Numbered from the stretch's first letter, positions 37,390 to 48,667 are shown. The stretch is 64,000 nucleotides of DNA from Alphaproteobacteria bacterium (GCA_035911175.1 JAMHWA010000022.1:27329-91328); one strand, 5' to 3'. Notes: a model not told the origin generated them from the sequence alone. Numbers and translations: made by a program.

Positions 37390-40300
37390 TTAGAATTTGT
37401 AGAGAATATCAGCGCCCAAATTGAAGGCTTTGTTATCGGTGTTGTTGGTTTCGAGTGCATAGCGCGCGCGGCCGCCAATTTGCAGTTGGTCGGTAATGTC
37501 GTGGTCGACCCGTGCCTCACCCAGCGGGCTGAAACCGCCATGGATACGATCATAGGCAGCACCGGCAACAATGAGAGCGTGGGTTTGCGGCGTCCAATCG
37601 TGACGGTAGATACCGGTTAAGGCATGCACTTCGCGCGTTTGCACGGGCAACAAGAAGTAGTCGTTGCCACCTGCGTCTAGTCTGCTGTCAGGCTTGCCGG
37701 TGCGGTATTCGCCGTCGAAGCCGTAACCAATACCAAAGTAAGGTTGGGTTGCCGTTTGTTTTTGCAACTCCTGCACCACATTGGCACGCACTAGCACGGT
37801 TTGCGCTACGCTGTCGCGCTCCTCAATGTTGTAGTTATTGTACGAAGCCTCAAGCCCAAGGGTGGTGCCAGGGCGTAGTGCCGTAAAGTGCTTCGCACCG
37901 ATGCGGTCACGCGTAGTGTGCTCATACACGGCTTCCACAAAGTCCCAGTAAGGGCGCTGATATTCACCAATCAACTCGGTGCGGCCAGCTGGGTTGTTGA
38001 AGGCGTAATAAGCGCCAGCGCCCACATCCTTGTTGTTGGCAAACAACGAGGCTTGTGCACGGCTACCATCGGGCAGATTGTAAGCGCCATAAATTTCACC
38101 GCGCTGACGTGTCGTCTCGTAATCGCCGATACGCCCATCGCTTGCGCGACGGATATTCTGGCTATCAAGTTCGTCATTTTGGGCGGTGATACCAAACTCG
38201 GTGCGGTCGCCTGCGTGCACCACGCCCGAAAGCGTCGTAACATGTTCGCGGTTATCGCCAAGACCACGGTATTCATGGTCAAGTTTCACGTAGTTCGTAC
38301 CCTGACCGATGTTGGCAATGTTTTGGGCTTGGAGGGTGAAGTCTTCATTCTCCGGAGCGACTGCACGCGCTTGTTTGATGAGGTCCATCGCTGCAGCACT
38401 GTTGCCGGTGGCACTTTCAATGCTGGCCTCGTAGCTGAGCAGCAATGGATCGTTGGGGTAGTAGTGCTTGAGAGCAGCAAGGCGCTCGCGCGCTTTAGCA
38501 ATTTGCCCCGATTCTTGTTCGATGCGGGCATAGAGCAGTTGCAGGCGCAAATCTTGTTGGCGCTGCGCTTCCACCTGTGGAGCATAGTTTGGTTCCTGCG
38601 CAGGGACTACCGTAAATTGTTGCTCCGATGTGGGCACGTAGCGCACGGTGTAGCCAGGCTTGGCGCTGATGCTTACGCTGTCATAACCAGCGCTGCTTTG
38701 CTCGACCCACGGCTGCTTGGCAAGCGCTGCAACATCGATCGGCAAGGCGCCTTCGATAGGCTTCGCAAAGCTGATTTTCATTTCGCGGCCATTGCTAAAG
38801 CGTTCGATGGAAGCGGTATGCGCCGAACGACCCACCAGCGACGCACCTTTACGATAGTAGGGCGAGGTTTTGTCATACTGGTTCGCGATGCGGGTAGCCT
38901 CATCGAGGTACTGGTATTCAATCAGCACGCTCATGTAATCCGCCAGCACGCCCTTATCATCGGGGTATTGCTCGAGCAGTTGGGTAAAGCCAGCTTTTGC
39001 ATCGTCATGTTGGCCCAAATGGAACTGAGCCGTATACATGCGCGACAAGGCATCCGGCGAAGAAGCGCCCGACTGTGCGGTGAGAGCAACGACCTGCTGG
39101 AATTCAGCATTGGCGGCGGCTTTGTCGCCGGCGCGGCGTGCCAATTGCGCCTTATAGAAATGCGCTTGCGAAGGGTTGGTTTCTGGATCTGGCGACTGCT
39201 GCTGAGCCACCATGTATTGGTTGAGCTTCTGATCTGCCTCGCGGTATTTCCCTTTCGAGAAATCAAGGGCTGCCATCGCGCTTAGCGCTTTGCTGTTCTT
39301 CGCATCAAGTTTCAACACGCGGTTGAAGCCGTTGATGGCTGCATCACGGAACCCAGCATTCTGACCAATCGTGGCATAGTCCAGCAGTGCTGGGACATCG
39401 GTGGTCTCGGCCACCCAATCGCGCATTGCGGTATCGTAGTTTTTACGGTTGCCCGTACCCGCCAAGATGCTGAAATATTTTTTACGCAGATCGCGATTAT
39501 ATAACGCATCAGGAGTTTCGCTCACATAGGTGAGGATGCTGTGATCGTCGGCGGTATTGGTGATAAGATTTGCCCAACGGTCTTTGTCGTAGGCCGTTGC
39601 GGTTGCGGCACGTTTCTGTACCCACGCAAGCTGCTCACCATTGAGTTTGCCACCCCAGAGATACATCAAATCTTTGACCTCCTGCGAGTCAGCAGGCTTA
39701 TCCTTCGCCAAGTCCATGAATATGGTCACCGCATCAGCCTTGTGCCCATCGTTGAGAAGGTTAAAGGCAATCTGGCGGCGGTTCTCGGCGCTGATGGACT
39801 TGCTGTTCGCCATGGCAATCATTTGCTCACGCGTCAGCTTCACAGGCACGCCAGCTTTAGCAACTTTTGGTTTTTCGGTTAGTTGCGCATACATTTTTTT
39901 CCACTCACCACCGCGCTCGCTTGCGAAGTTTTTAGCAAACGGAATCACCTCAGCCTTGCGGCCATGGTTGATGAGAACATAGGCGTAATTGAGTTGCGCG
40001 CGGTCGTCGCCACGGCCAGCGGTGAGGGCAGATTGGGCATAATCCGCCAACTCCTTGCGATAGGTCGCGTCCTTGCGAGCAAGCTTGCTCAGGGTCGAGA
40101 GATAGAGACCGTCATTGGCGTTCGCATCTTTCACCTGATCGCGCAGCAGCGGCACGGCCTTATCGTATGCACCTGCATTGATGTAGGCCGATACCATAAT
40201 GTCGCGATTCATTGGCGAAGGGTCGCGTGCATAAAGACGCTCAGCAATATCGCTCGAAACTTCGCCATGGCGGCGGTCATTGGCAAGGTAGAATAGTTCC

Positions 40301-41883
40301 TGTAATTGGCTCACAGGAACCGAATTCGCATTCGTCTCGAGCCAAGGCTTCAGCACATCGTGGCGGCCAGCGGCGGCAGCAAGGCGGCGGTGCGCGGTTT
40401 TAACTGGTGCTGCAGCATTTTCAATCGCAGTAAGCTTGCCAACGGGGTCAACCAATTCAGCCTGACGCTCGGCAATGATAAAGATCTGCGAGTATTCGGC
40501 CACTTGAGTTGGCGACATTTGTTCGAGCGGTGGGTATTGTTTCACAATCGCGTCAAAGCATGCGGTCTTTTTCGCCCGCGCGCAGGATTCAGCAAGGCGC
40601 AATTTTTGGGTCGAGTTCAACTCAATATTGAGTGCGGTTTCAATTTTGGTGTCTTGCTCTTTGGCATTGGTGAGAATCGCAATCACCGCATCAAGTACAG
40701 GCTTATCCTTCACGATCGTCGCATCACCAAAGCGGGTGGTGAGGGTGGTGAGCACCGTTGCAGCATTGTTCACGCGCGCGGTTTCAATCACGTTCAGCGC
40801 TTCGATTTCACTGAAGGTAGTCACGTCCATTTTCGCTGCAATGGCTTCTGCAGCAGCAACATCTTCGCGCTTCAGGGTCAGGTCAATGTAGGGTGGGTAG
40901 AGCGCAGCAACCATGGTGCCAGCATCGTCGATTTTCTTGAGTGTTTGGTAGGCTTGCTCGCTCTTGCCAGCGGTGATGCTCGCATTCACATAGGCGAGTA
41001 CCAATTCTGGCTCACGGTCAATCAGGTCTAGGTGCAAATCAACCAGCGCCACCGCTTTATCGGCATGGCCAGCGTAATGCAGGATGTTGCACAAATCAGC
41101 CAGTTCTTTCGGGCGTGGGTTGCCCTCCACAGGCGCCACTACCGCAGCAGGAGCCGTGGCATCCGTAGCGGCAGGAGCAGGCGCAGGAACAGGAACAGGT
41201 GCTGCGGCAGTCGCCATCCATGTCTTTGCTTCTTCAAACGCGCGGTCGGCTTGTCCTTTATCGGCCAGTACGCTGACCATGATGCGCGTCATCGGGTAGC
41301 TCGAGAAATTGGGGTGTTTGGCTTTCAGACCCTCTACGGTTTTGAATGCGCCATCGGTGTCACCCACCACCACTTGAATCGTAGCAAGGTCAACAAATGC
41401 TTGGGGCTGCTCGCCCTTAGTGACTTCCACCAATTTCTTGAGGACTTCTACTTGTTTTGCGTACTCTTTGCTGCTGTTATAGAGATCCGACAGCATGCGA
41501 AGATTTTCTTCGGTTGGGGCAGAAGTGGCGATGGCATCGAGCTGTGCATTATATCCAGCCATGTTGCCGACCGCGAGATATTGCTCGGCTAGCTTTTTGT
41601 GACCATTCGCATCGGCTGGGTTAGCAAGGGCGTATTCTTCCAACAATTTAATGGCTTCGTCGCGCTTGCCTTCGGCCACGCGTTTATCGGCCAGCGCCGC
41701 AATAATGGGGTAGGTGCGGCGGCCTTGCGCATATTCGGCTTCGATATCCACTTTGCCTAAGTCGATGGCTATTGCATCGGCATTTTGCATGCCCGCCACT
41801 TCACGCGTGGTAGGAATCAGGTAAATACTGATACCAATCCCTGCAACCAGTAGGATTAAAGCAAGAACAATATACTTACGCAT
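37390..41883 (-). CDS. pelB: PelB-like TPR scaffold + outer-membrane porin
   Basis: 1497 aa. N-terminal TM anchor, many TPR-like repeats, and a C-terminal beta-strand-rich domain ending in YKF (OMP-type terminal Phe). Located between pelA and pelD. Confidence 0.8.
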   Translation of the reverse strand: MRKYIVLALILLVAGIGISIYLIPTTREVAGMQNADAIAIDLGKVDIEAEYAQGRRTYPIIAALADKRVAEGKRDEAIKLLEEYALANPADANGHKKLAEQYLAVGNMAGYNAQLDAIATSAPTEENLRMLSDLYNSSKEYAKQVEVLKKLVEVTKGEQPQAFVDLATIQVVVGDTDGAFKTVEGLKAKHPNFSSYPMTRIMVSVLADKGQADRAFEEAKTWMATAAAPVPVPAPAPAATDATAPAAVVAPVEGNPRPKELADLCNILHYAGHADKAVALVDLHLDLIDREPELVLAYVNASITAGKSEQAYQTLKKIDDAGTMVAALYPPYIDLTLKREDVAAAEAIAAKMDVTTFSEIEALNVIETARVNNAATVLTTLTTRFGDATIVKDKPVLDAVIAILTNAKEQDTKIETALNIELNSTQKLRLAESCARAKKTACFDAIVKQYPPLEQMSPTQVAEYSQIFIIAERQAELVDPVGKLTAIENAAAPVKTAHRRLAAAAGRHDVLKPWLETNANSVPVSQLQELFYLANDRRHGEVSSDIAERLYARDPSPMNRDIMVSAYINAGAYDKAVPLLRDQVKDANANDGLYLSTLSKLARKDATYRKELADYAQSALTAGRGDDRAQLNYAYVLINHGRKAEVIPFAKNFASERGGEWKKMYAQLTEKPKVAKAGVPVKLTREQMIAMANSKSISAENRRQIAFNLLNDGHKADAVTIFMDLAKDKPADSQEVKDLMYLWGGKLNGEQLAWVQKRAATATAYDKDRWANLITNTADDHSILTYVSETPDALYNRDLRKKYFSILAGTGNRKNYDTAMRDWVAETTDVPALLDYATIGQNAGFRDAAINGFNRVLKLDAKNSKALSAMAALDFSKGKYREADQKLNQYMVAQQQSPDPETNPSQAHFYKAQLARRAGDKAAANAEFQQVVALTAQSGASSPDALSRMYTAQFHLGQHDDAKAGFTQLLEQYPDDKGVLADYMSVLIEYQYLDEATRIANQYDKTSPYYRKGASLVGRSAHTASIERFSNGREMKISFAKPIEGALPIDVAALAKQPWVEQSSAGYDSVSISAKPGYTVRYVPTSEQQFTVVPAQEPNYAPQVEAQRQQDLRLQLLYARIEQESGQIAKARERLAALKHYYPNDPLLLSYEASIESATGNSAAAMDLIKQARAVAPENEDFTLQAQNIANIGQGTNYVKLDHEYRGLGDNREHVTTLSGVVHAGDRTEFGITAQNDELDSQNIRRASDGRIGDYETTRQRGEIYGAYNLPDGSRAQASLFANNKDVGAGAYYAFNNPAGRTELIGEYQRPYWDFVEAVYEHTTRDRIGAKHFTALRPGTTLGLEASYNNYNIEERDSVAQTVLVRANVVQELQKQTATQPYFGIGYGFDGEYRTGKPDSRLDAGGNDYFLLPVQTREVHALTGIYRHDWTPQTHALIVAGAAYDRIHGGFSPLGEARVDHDITDQLQIGGRARYALETNNTDNKAFNLGADILYKF

Positions 41884-41918
41884 GCGGATTTCCCCGTGTT
41901 AATGATAGCGTGCGGTGA

Positions 41919-42776
41919 TTATTTTTTTGAGCGTCGCCGTGGCTCGGGTGTGTGAGTAATGAGGTCGGGCGTGGTGACATACGGCGCGAACCCATGTGCG
42001 CGGTGTAGGGCGTAAATTCTTTCCAAACCGTTAACATCATCCATGTTCCAATAATCAAGCGTTAAGACTTGTAGTCTAGGCGCGCGAGTAAGCAAACCGT
42101 GTAGCTGTGCCGCCACTTCGGAGGTTGTTTGTGGCGGAAAAAATGCAAATTGTCCAGAAGTTTCATCTGGCTGAGTTAGAATGCTTTCGGCCAGCACATA
42201 GTCAATATCCTGTGCCACGCGGGGCAAGATGCTAAAGCCGCGGTTAACCATTATGCGCATTTTTGGGTGGGCTTGGCGGATGGCGCGGATGAGGTCGACT
42301 GCTCCCTGATGTATGGCATCAAGCCGCTCTGGGGCTTGGGTTGCGGCCCAGTGTAGGGGGCTATCAATCGTGTCGAGCATCACCCCATCGAAGCCTTTTT
42401 GGGCGGCATCGTCGACATAACCCAGCACCAACCTGCGCCAGAGCGGCGACGTAATATCAACGGCATGGCTATTCCACCTATTGTTTTCAAACAATAAAGC
42501 GCCTGCTTGCTCGAGATCCTTCTTTTCAGGAACGTTGTCATAGACTTCGCCGACGCTAACATACGCAAGAACCTTAGTTTTTTTCTTTATCGCCTCGAAT
42601 TTGGGGTAATGGCGGCGGTCGAAAACGACTAAATCATAGCCCTTGAACGCAGTGGCGGGCAGAGCCTCGTCATAGTAGGCTGCCCAATATTTAATCTCGC
42701 CAGCGGGGCGAGGGCTTGGGGTGCAGCCTGCAAGGCACAAAAGCGCGGCAATAGCCTGTTTTAGGCGCTTACCCAT
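41919..42776 (-). CDS. pelA: PelA-like glycoside hydrolase lipoprotein (hydrolase domain only)
   Basis: Lipobox LCLAGC. A 285-aa TIM-barrel-type GH114/GH166-like sequence (FDGVMLDTID, MVNRGF). It occupies the first biosynthetic position of the pel string. No CE4 deacetylase region. Confidence 0.7.
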   Translation of the reverse strand: MGKRLKQAIAALLCLAGCTPSPRPAGEIKYWAAYYDEALPATAFKGYDLVVFDRRHYPKFEAIKKKTKVLAYVSVGEVYDNVPEKKDLEQAGALLFENNRWNSHAVDITSPLWRRLVLGYVDDAAQKGFDGVMLDTIDSPLHWAATQAPERLDAIHQGAVDLIRAIRQAHPKMRIMVNRGFSILPRVAQDIDYVLAESILTQPDETSGQFAFFPPQTTSEVAAQLHGLLTRAPRLQVLTLDYWNMDDVNGLERIYALHRAHGFAPYVTTPDLITHTPEPRRRSKK

Positions 42777-43668
42777 GGGAAACCAACGCTTTCAGCCCCT
42801 CGGCAAGCGGTGTTTCGGCTACAAAGCCAAGCATAGTTGTGGCGAGGGCGGGGTTGCCCAATGAGTGGCGAATATCGCCCGCGCGTGTTTCAGCGTGGCG
42901 GGTTTCGGGCGCCTTGCCCACAGCATCACCCACTGCGGCGGCCAATTGCTTGAGGCTGGTGGCGTGGCCTGTGCAGCCATTATAGACCGCCACACCCTTG
43001 GCATTATCGAGCGAAGTGAGGATGAGCCGCACAATATTAGCCACATAGATAAAGTCGCGGGTTTGTTCGCCATCACCAAAAAAGGTGAGGGGCTCGCCCG
43101 CTTTGGCTTTTGCCGCAAAAATGCTGATGACGCCCGAATACGGCGATTTGGGGTCCTGCCGTGGGCCATAGACATTGAAAAACCGCAAGCCCACGCTGGG
43201 CACGCGGCCAGCATAACGCTTTGCAATCGCTTCATTTTCCAGCTTTTGCTTGCCGTAATTGCCCAATGGGCGCGGGGTTTCTGCTTCACTGAGTGGCAGG
43301 TTCGTATTGTTACCATAGACCGCTGCGGAGGAGGCATAGATAACGGGAATGCCGCGCACGGTGGCGGCGGCGAACATGGCGGCGGTACCATCCACATTGG
43401 TGCGCGCTGCCCGCGCGGGTTCTTGCTCGCACACCTGTACCGAGGCGATGGCGGCCAGATGAATAATCGCATCCGCTTTCGTGCCGAGGGATTTGACAAG
43501 CGCGCTATCGGCCACATTGCCCACCACCAGTGTGGCGGCGGTGTTGAGGTTTTCGCGGTTGCCGCTTGATAAATCATCCAGCACCGTCACGCTATCACCG
43601 CGTGCCACCAGCGCATCCACCACATGCGAGCCAATAAAGCCGCACCCACCCGTCACCAAAATATTCAT
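42769..43668 (-). CDS. Extended-SDR NAD-dependent sugar epimerase (PelX/WbpP-like UDP-GlcNAc/Glc 4-epimerase)
   Basis: Rossmann motif VTGGCGFIGS, catalytic YGKQK, FNVYGPRQ. 8-nt overlap with the pelA-like gene. Confidence 0.85.
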   Translation of the reverse strand: MNILVTGGCGFIGSHVVDALVARGDSVTVLDDLSSGNRENLNTAATLVVGNVADSALVKSLGTKADAIIHLAAIASVQVCEQEPARAARTNVDGTAAMFAAATVRGIPVIYASSAAVYGNNTNLPLSEAETPRPLGNYGKQKLENEAIAKRYAGRVPSVGLRFFNVYGPRQDPKSPYSGVISIFAAKAKAGEPLTFFGDGEQTRDFIYVANIVRLILTSLDNAKGVAVYNGCTGHATSLKQLAAAVGDAVGKAPETRHAETRAGDIRHSLGNPALATTMLGFVAETPLAEGLKALVSHG

Positions 43669-43766
43669 GCGCTATGGATAGACAAGCAGGGGACGATTAG
43701 CAAGCATGCCTGCGTGAAAACACTTCGTTCATTGACCAATGCTCGTTGGCGCGGTTAAGTTGCCAC

Positions 43767-44348
43767 ATGACCAACGCACTGACATCATTTCTGACTCGCC
43801 GTTCCACCTCCGTGAAGGACATGCGCGCACCCGCACCGAGTGATGCCGAGCTGGAGCAGATTTTGCGCGTCGCCACCCGCGTGCCCGATCACGGAAAATT
43901 ATGCCCGTGGCGGTTGGTGATTATTCGTAATGAAAACGCACGCATATTAGGCGAAATTGCTGCGCAGCAATTTGTGCAGCAAAATGCGGATGCAAGCGAA
44001 GCGCACATCGCAGCAGAGCGGCAGAGATTCTTGCGTGCGCCGCTTTGCATTGCGGTTATTTCCACCCCAGTTGCCAACGCAAAACCCGTGTGGGAACAAG
44101 AGCTTTCCGCAGGTGCTGTTTGCTGCAACATTTTGCATGCGGCACACGCACTTGGCTATGGTGCAAAATGGCTCACCGAATGGGTGGCTTATGATGCGGC
44201 AATTCTCTCCGCGTTGATGCAAAAAATCACCCCGCCAACCGCTGCTGCGGATGCACGCATTGCAGGCTTCATTTACCTCGGCACCAAAACGGTGGAGACA
44301 GAAGACCGCGAGCGGCCACGACTTGAGGATGTGGTGGGGGAGTTTTAG
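43767..44348 (+). CDS. Nitroreductase family protein
   Basis: RRS(T)..F N-terminal motif, PDHGKLCPWR, nitroreductase fold length. ATG at 43767 (the track ORF starts at an upstream TTG). Confidence 0.8.
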   Translation: MTNALTSFLTRRSTSVKDMRAPAPSDAELEQILRVATRVPDHGKLCPWRLVIIRNENARILGEIAAQQFVQQNADASEAHIAAERQRFLRAPLCIAVISTPVANAKPVWEQELSAGAVCCNILHAAHALGYGAKWLTEWVAYDAAILSALMQKITPPTAAADARIAGFIYLGTKTVETEDRERPRLEDVVGEF

Positions 44349-44436
44349 TTAAGGTGCGCGAGCTGGGCGAGCCAGCCATGAGCCAGCGGAGCTGCGCGCA
44401 AGGTTGGTCAGTAGACCAACCTGTAGCAACCAAATA

Positions 44437-44756
44437 CTAAGGATTCGGCGCGAGCGTCACTTCCAGCCCTTCAAGCTCAGGCGATAAAATAATCTGGCAG
44501 CTCAGGCGCGAGGTTTCTTCTACGGCCATGGCGTCATCCATCATCATCGTTTCCTCGCTATTGGCGGGGATGAGTTTGCCAAACCATTCGGGGCTGACAT
44601 AGACATGGCAGGTGGCGCAGGCACAGGCGCCGCCGCACTCGGCTTTGATGGGTAGGCCGTAATCGCGGATGACTTCCATCAGCCGCCAGCCCTCCAGCCC
44701 ATCGAGCGTGTGGCGCTTGCCTTCATAATCAGTAACGTGAACGTGAACCGTTTCCA

Positions 44757-44757
<1 letters not shown>
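44437..44757 (-). CDS. 2Fe-2S ferredoxin (adrenodoxin/putidaredoxin type)
   Basis: Cluster ligands in ECGGACACATCHVY plus a downstream SRLSC. The GTG start at 44757 overlaps the TAG of the upstream reductase gene. Confidence 0.85.
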
Positions 44758-45899
<1,142 letters not shown>

Positions 45900-45987
45900 C
45901 TAGTTGCGTGAGTGCAGTATTTACATTAAATTATTGATTATATAATAGTTGTACATAATTTAACTGCAATATGAGCGGGAGCGCCCA

Positions 45988-47301
45988 ATGACAAAGCAAA
46001 ACCAGAAATTTGACACACTAGCCGTTCATGCGGGCTACACCCCCGAAGCCACGACAGGCGCGCGCCAAGTCCCCATTTATGCCACGGCATCCTTCATGTT
46101 CGAGGGGGCAGAGGATGCGGCCGATAAGTTCGCGCTCAAGAAATTTGGCAACATCTATTCGCGCCTGACCAACCCCACCAACGCTGTGCTCGAAGCACGC
46201 CTTGCAGCGCTTGAAGGTGGGGTGGGGGCAACCGTCACTTCCTCCGGCCACGCGGCGCAGCTGCTGGTGTTCCAAGCGCTCGTGCGCCCGGGTGAGCGCT
46301 TCATTGCCAGCAAACGCCTCTATGGCGGAACGACCGATCAATTCCAGAACACCTTCCCCACCAGCTTTGGCTGGCATGCGGATACGGTGGATGTGGATGA
46401 CCTCGCGGCGGTGAAGGCAGCAATCAAGCCTAACACCAAACTGATATTCATCGAGTCACTCGCCAACCCAGGTGGGGTGATTTCCGATATTGAGGCGCTT
46501 GCCAAAATTGCCAACGAGGCAGGGATTGTGCTGGTGGTCGATAATACCATGGCCTCGCCGTACCTCACTCGCCCGATTGAGTGGGGCGCGCATGTGGTGG
46601 TGCATTCGACAACGAAATTCCTCACGGGTAACGGCACCGCCATGGGCGGTGTGGTGGTGGATGGCGGTAATTTCGATTGGAAAAAACACGCCGACAAATA
46701 TCCGGAACTCGCGGCACCACACCCGTCCTATAATGGTCTCAACTTCGCCGAGAATTTCGGTAACATGGCACTCACGGTGCATGGTCATGCGATTGGCTTG
46801 CGTGCTCTGGGGCCAACGCAATCGCCGTTTCATTCCTTCCTCACGTTGAATGGGATTGAAACGCTGGGGCTGCGGATGGAGCGCCATGTGACGAACGCGC
46901 AAAAAGTTGCAGAATGGCTCGAGAAAAGTCCGTATGTGGAATGGGTTTCGTATGCAGGCTTAGCGTCGAACCAATACCATGAGCGCGCGAAAAAATACCT
47001 ACCCAAAGGTGCGGGCTCGGTGTTCACCTTCGGCGTGAAGGGCGGCTATGACGCGGCAAAAAACTTCATCGATAAGCTGCAACTTTTCTCGATGCTCGCG
47101 AATATCGGTGACACACGTTCGCTGGTCATTCATCCATCCTCCACCACGCATAGCCAATTGAGCGACGCGCAAAAAAAATCGGTCGGCGTATTGCCCGAGG
47201 CAGTGCGTTTGTCCATCGGCATTGAGGATGCATCGGACATTATCGCCGACCTTGAGCAGGCGCTTGCGGGTGCAACAGCGGGTGTGCGCAAGGCGGGTTA
47301 G
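45988..47301 (+). CDS. metY: O-acetylhomoserine/O-acetylserine sulfhydrylase (Cys/Met-metabolism PLP enzyme)
   Basis: FDTLAVHAG N-terminus, PLP-lysine motif HSTTKFLTGNG, 437 aa. Confidence 0.9.
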   Translation: MTKQNQKFDTLAVHAGYTPEATTGARQVPIYATASFMFEGAEDAADKFALKKFGNIYSRLTNPTNAVLEARLAALEGGVGATVTSSGHAAQLLVFQALVRPGERFIASKRLYGGTTDQFQNTFPTSFGWHADTVDVDDLAAVKAAIKPNTKLIFIESLANPGGVISDIEALAKIANEAGIVLVVDNTMASPYLTRPIEWGAHVVVHSTTKFLTGNGTAMGGVVVDGGNFDWKKHADKYPELAAPHPSYNGLNFAENFGNMALTVHGHAIGLRALGPTQSPFHSFLTLNGIETLGLRMERHVTNAQKVAEWLEKSPYVEWVSYAGLASNQYHERAKKYLPKGAGSVFTFGVKGGYDAAKNFIDKLQLFSMLANIGDTRSLVIHPSSTTHSQLSDAQKKSVGVLPEAVRLSIGIEDASDIIADLEQALAGATAGVRKAG

Positions 47302-47382
47302 GTAAAGGCTGGAAATTTATTCCAAGCGCACTATATCTCTATCACGTCCGCCACAAATTGTGGCGTGGATAAAGAGAGCCTC

Positions 47383-48111
47383 ATGTTAGACATTCAACGT
47401 TACGACCAACTAGGCGCGATGAAAATCGACTGGCTGGATGCGCATTACCATTTCAGTTTCGCCAACTACCACAATCCTAATCGTATGGGGTTGGGGGCAT
47501 TGCGCGTGATTAACGACGACATCGTAAAAGCAGGCGGCGGTTTTGCACCGCACCCGCATCGTGACATGGAAATTATCACCTATGTACGCGAAGGGGCGAT
47601 TACGCACGAGGATTCGCTCGGCAACAAAGGCAAAACTGCAGCGGGTGATATTCAGGTGATGAGTGCGGGTTCGGGCATTACCCATTCCGAATGGAACGAG
47701 GAGGCAGTCGACACGCGCCTCTATCAAATCTGGATTCACAGCCGCAATAAAGGCACCCCGCCTCGGTGGGAGGCAAAACAATTCCCCAAGGCTGAAGGTG
47801 CGCTTCATTTGCTCGCCAGCGGCAATATGGCCGACAAAGACAACGGCGCGCTATGGATTGATTCCGATGCGGCCATCTACGGCGGCGTGCTCAAAGCGGG
47901 GCAGCGTTGGACCCAGCCGCTCAGCGGTTCGGGCTATCTGTTGGTCTCAACGGGTGAGGTGGAAATTGAGGGGGAAACGCTAAAAGCCGGCGATGGCTCG
48001 TCTATTTCTAATGTAAATCAGCTTGTTATAGCGGCAAAACAGTCCAGCGAGCTGGTGTGGATTGATCTACCAGATACCGCAACCAATACGAAAAACTTAT
48101 CACTATCATAG
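47383..48111 (+). CDS. Pirin family protein
   Basis: Cupin metal site HPHRDMEIITYV...GD.Q.MSAG.GI.HSE. ATG at 47383. Confidence 0.88.
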   Translation: MLDIQRYDQLGAMKIDWLDAHYHFSFANYHNPNRMGLGALRVINDDIVKAGGGFAPHPHRDMEIITYVREGAITHEDSLGNKGKTAAGDIQVMSAGSGITHSEWNEEAVDTRLYQIWIHSRNKGTPPRWEAKQFPKAEGALHLLASGNMADKDNGALWIDSDAAIYGGVLKAGQRWTQPLSGSGYLLVSTGEVEIEGETLKAGDGSSISNVNQLVIAAKQSSELVWIDLPDTATNTKNLSLS

Positions 48112-48186
48112 TTACAATAGATTTAATCCTAACACCCAAGGGTGCTAAACTCGCACTGCTACCACACTAAAAACAGGAGATATCTA

Positions 48187-48651
48187 ATGACCAACAAACC
48201 CGTAACCGATGCCCTAAAAAAAGTCCTCGCTGAAAGCTATGGCTTGATGCTGAAAACACAGAACTACCACTGGAACGTGGAGGGGCCTAACTTCCCTGGT
48301 CTGCATGCATTATTTATGACCCAATACAGCGAGCTATTCCTCGCCGTGGATTTGGTGGCCGAGCGTATTCGCGCGCTGGGCGAGAAGGCCCCAGGTAGCT
48401 ATGGTGAGTTCGACAAGCTGAGCAAACTCAAGGATGGTGATAATGAGTTGGATGCCGATCTCATGGTGAAGGATTTGTGCGAGAGCAACATCGCGCTGCT
48501 TGCTTCCATTAAAAAAGCCTTCGCGGCTGCTGAAAAGGCGGGCGACCAGCCAACGGTGGATTTAATGAATGCACGCTCAGCCTTGCACGAAAAAACCATC
48601 TGGATGCTCAAATCCAGCCTTCCAAAAGCGATGCGCGTAAAACTGGCCTAG
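48187..48651 (+). CDS. dps: Dps family DNA-protection/ferritin-like protein
   Basis: LKTQNYHWNVEGPNFPGLHALF ferroxidase-site motif. AGGAGA lies upstream of the ATG at 48187. Confidence 0.9.
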   Translation: MTNKPVTDALKKVLAESYGLMLKTQNYHWNVEGPNFPGLHALFMTQYSELFLAVDLVAERIRALGEKAPGSYGEFDKLSKLKDGDNELDADLMVKDLCESNIALLASIKKAFAAAEKAGDQPTVDLMNARSALHEKTIWMLKSSLPKAMRVKLA

Positions 48652-48667
48652 CTGCTTGACCGCGCGG

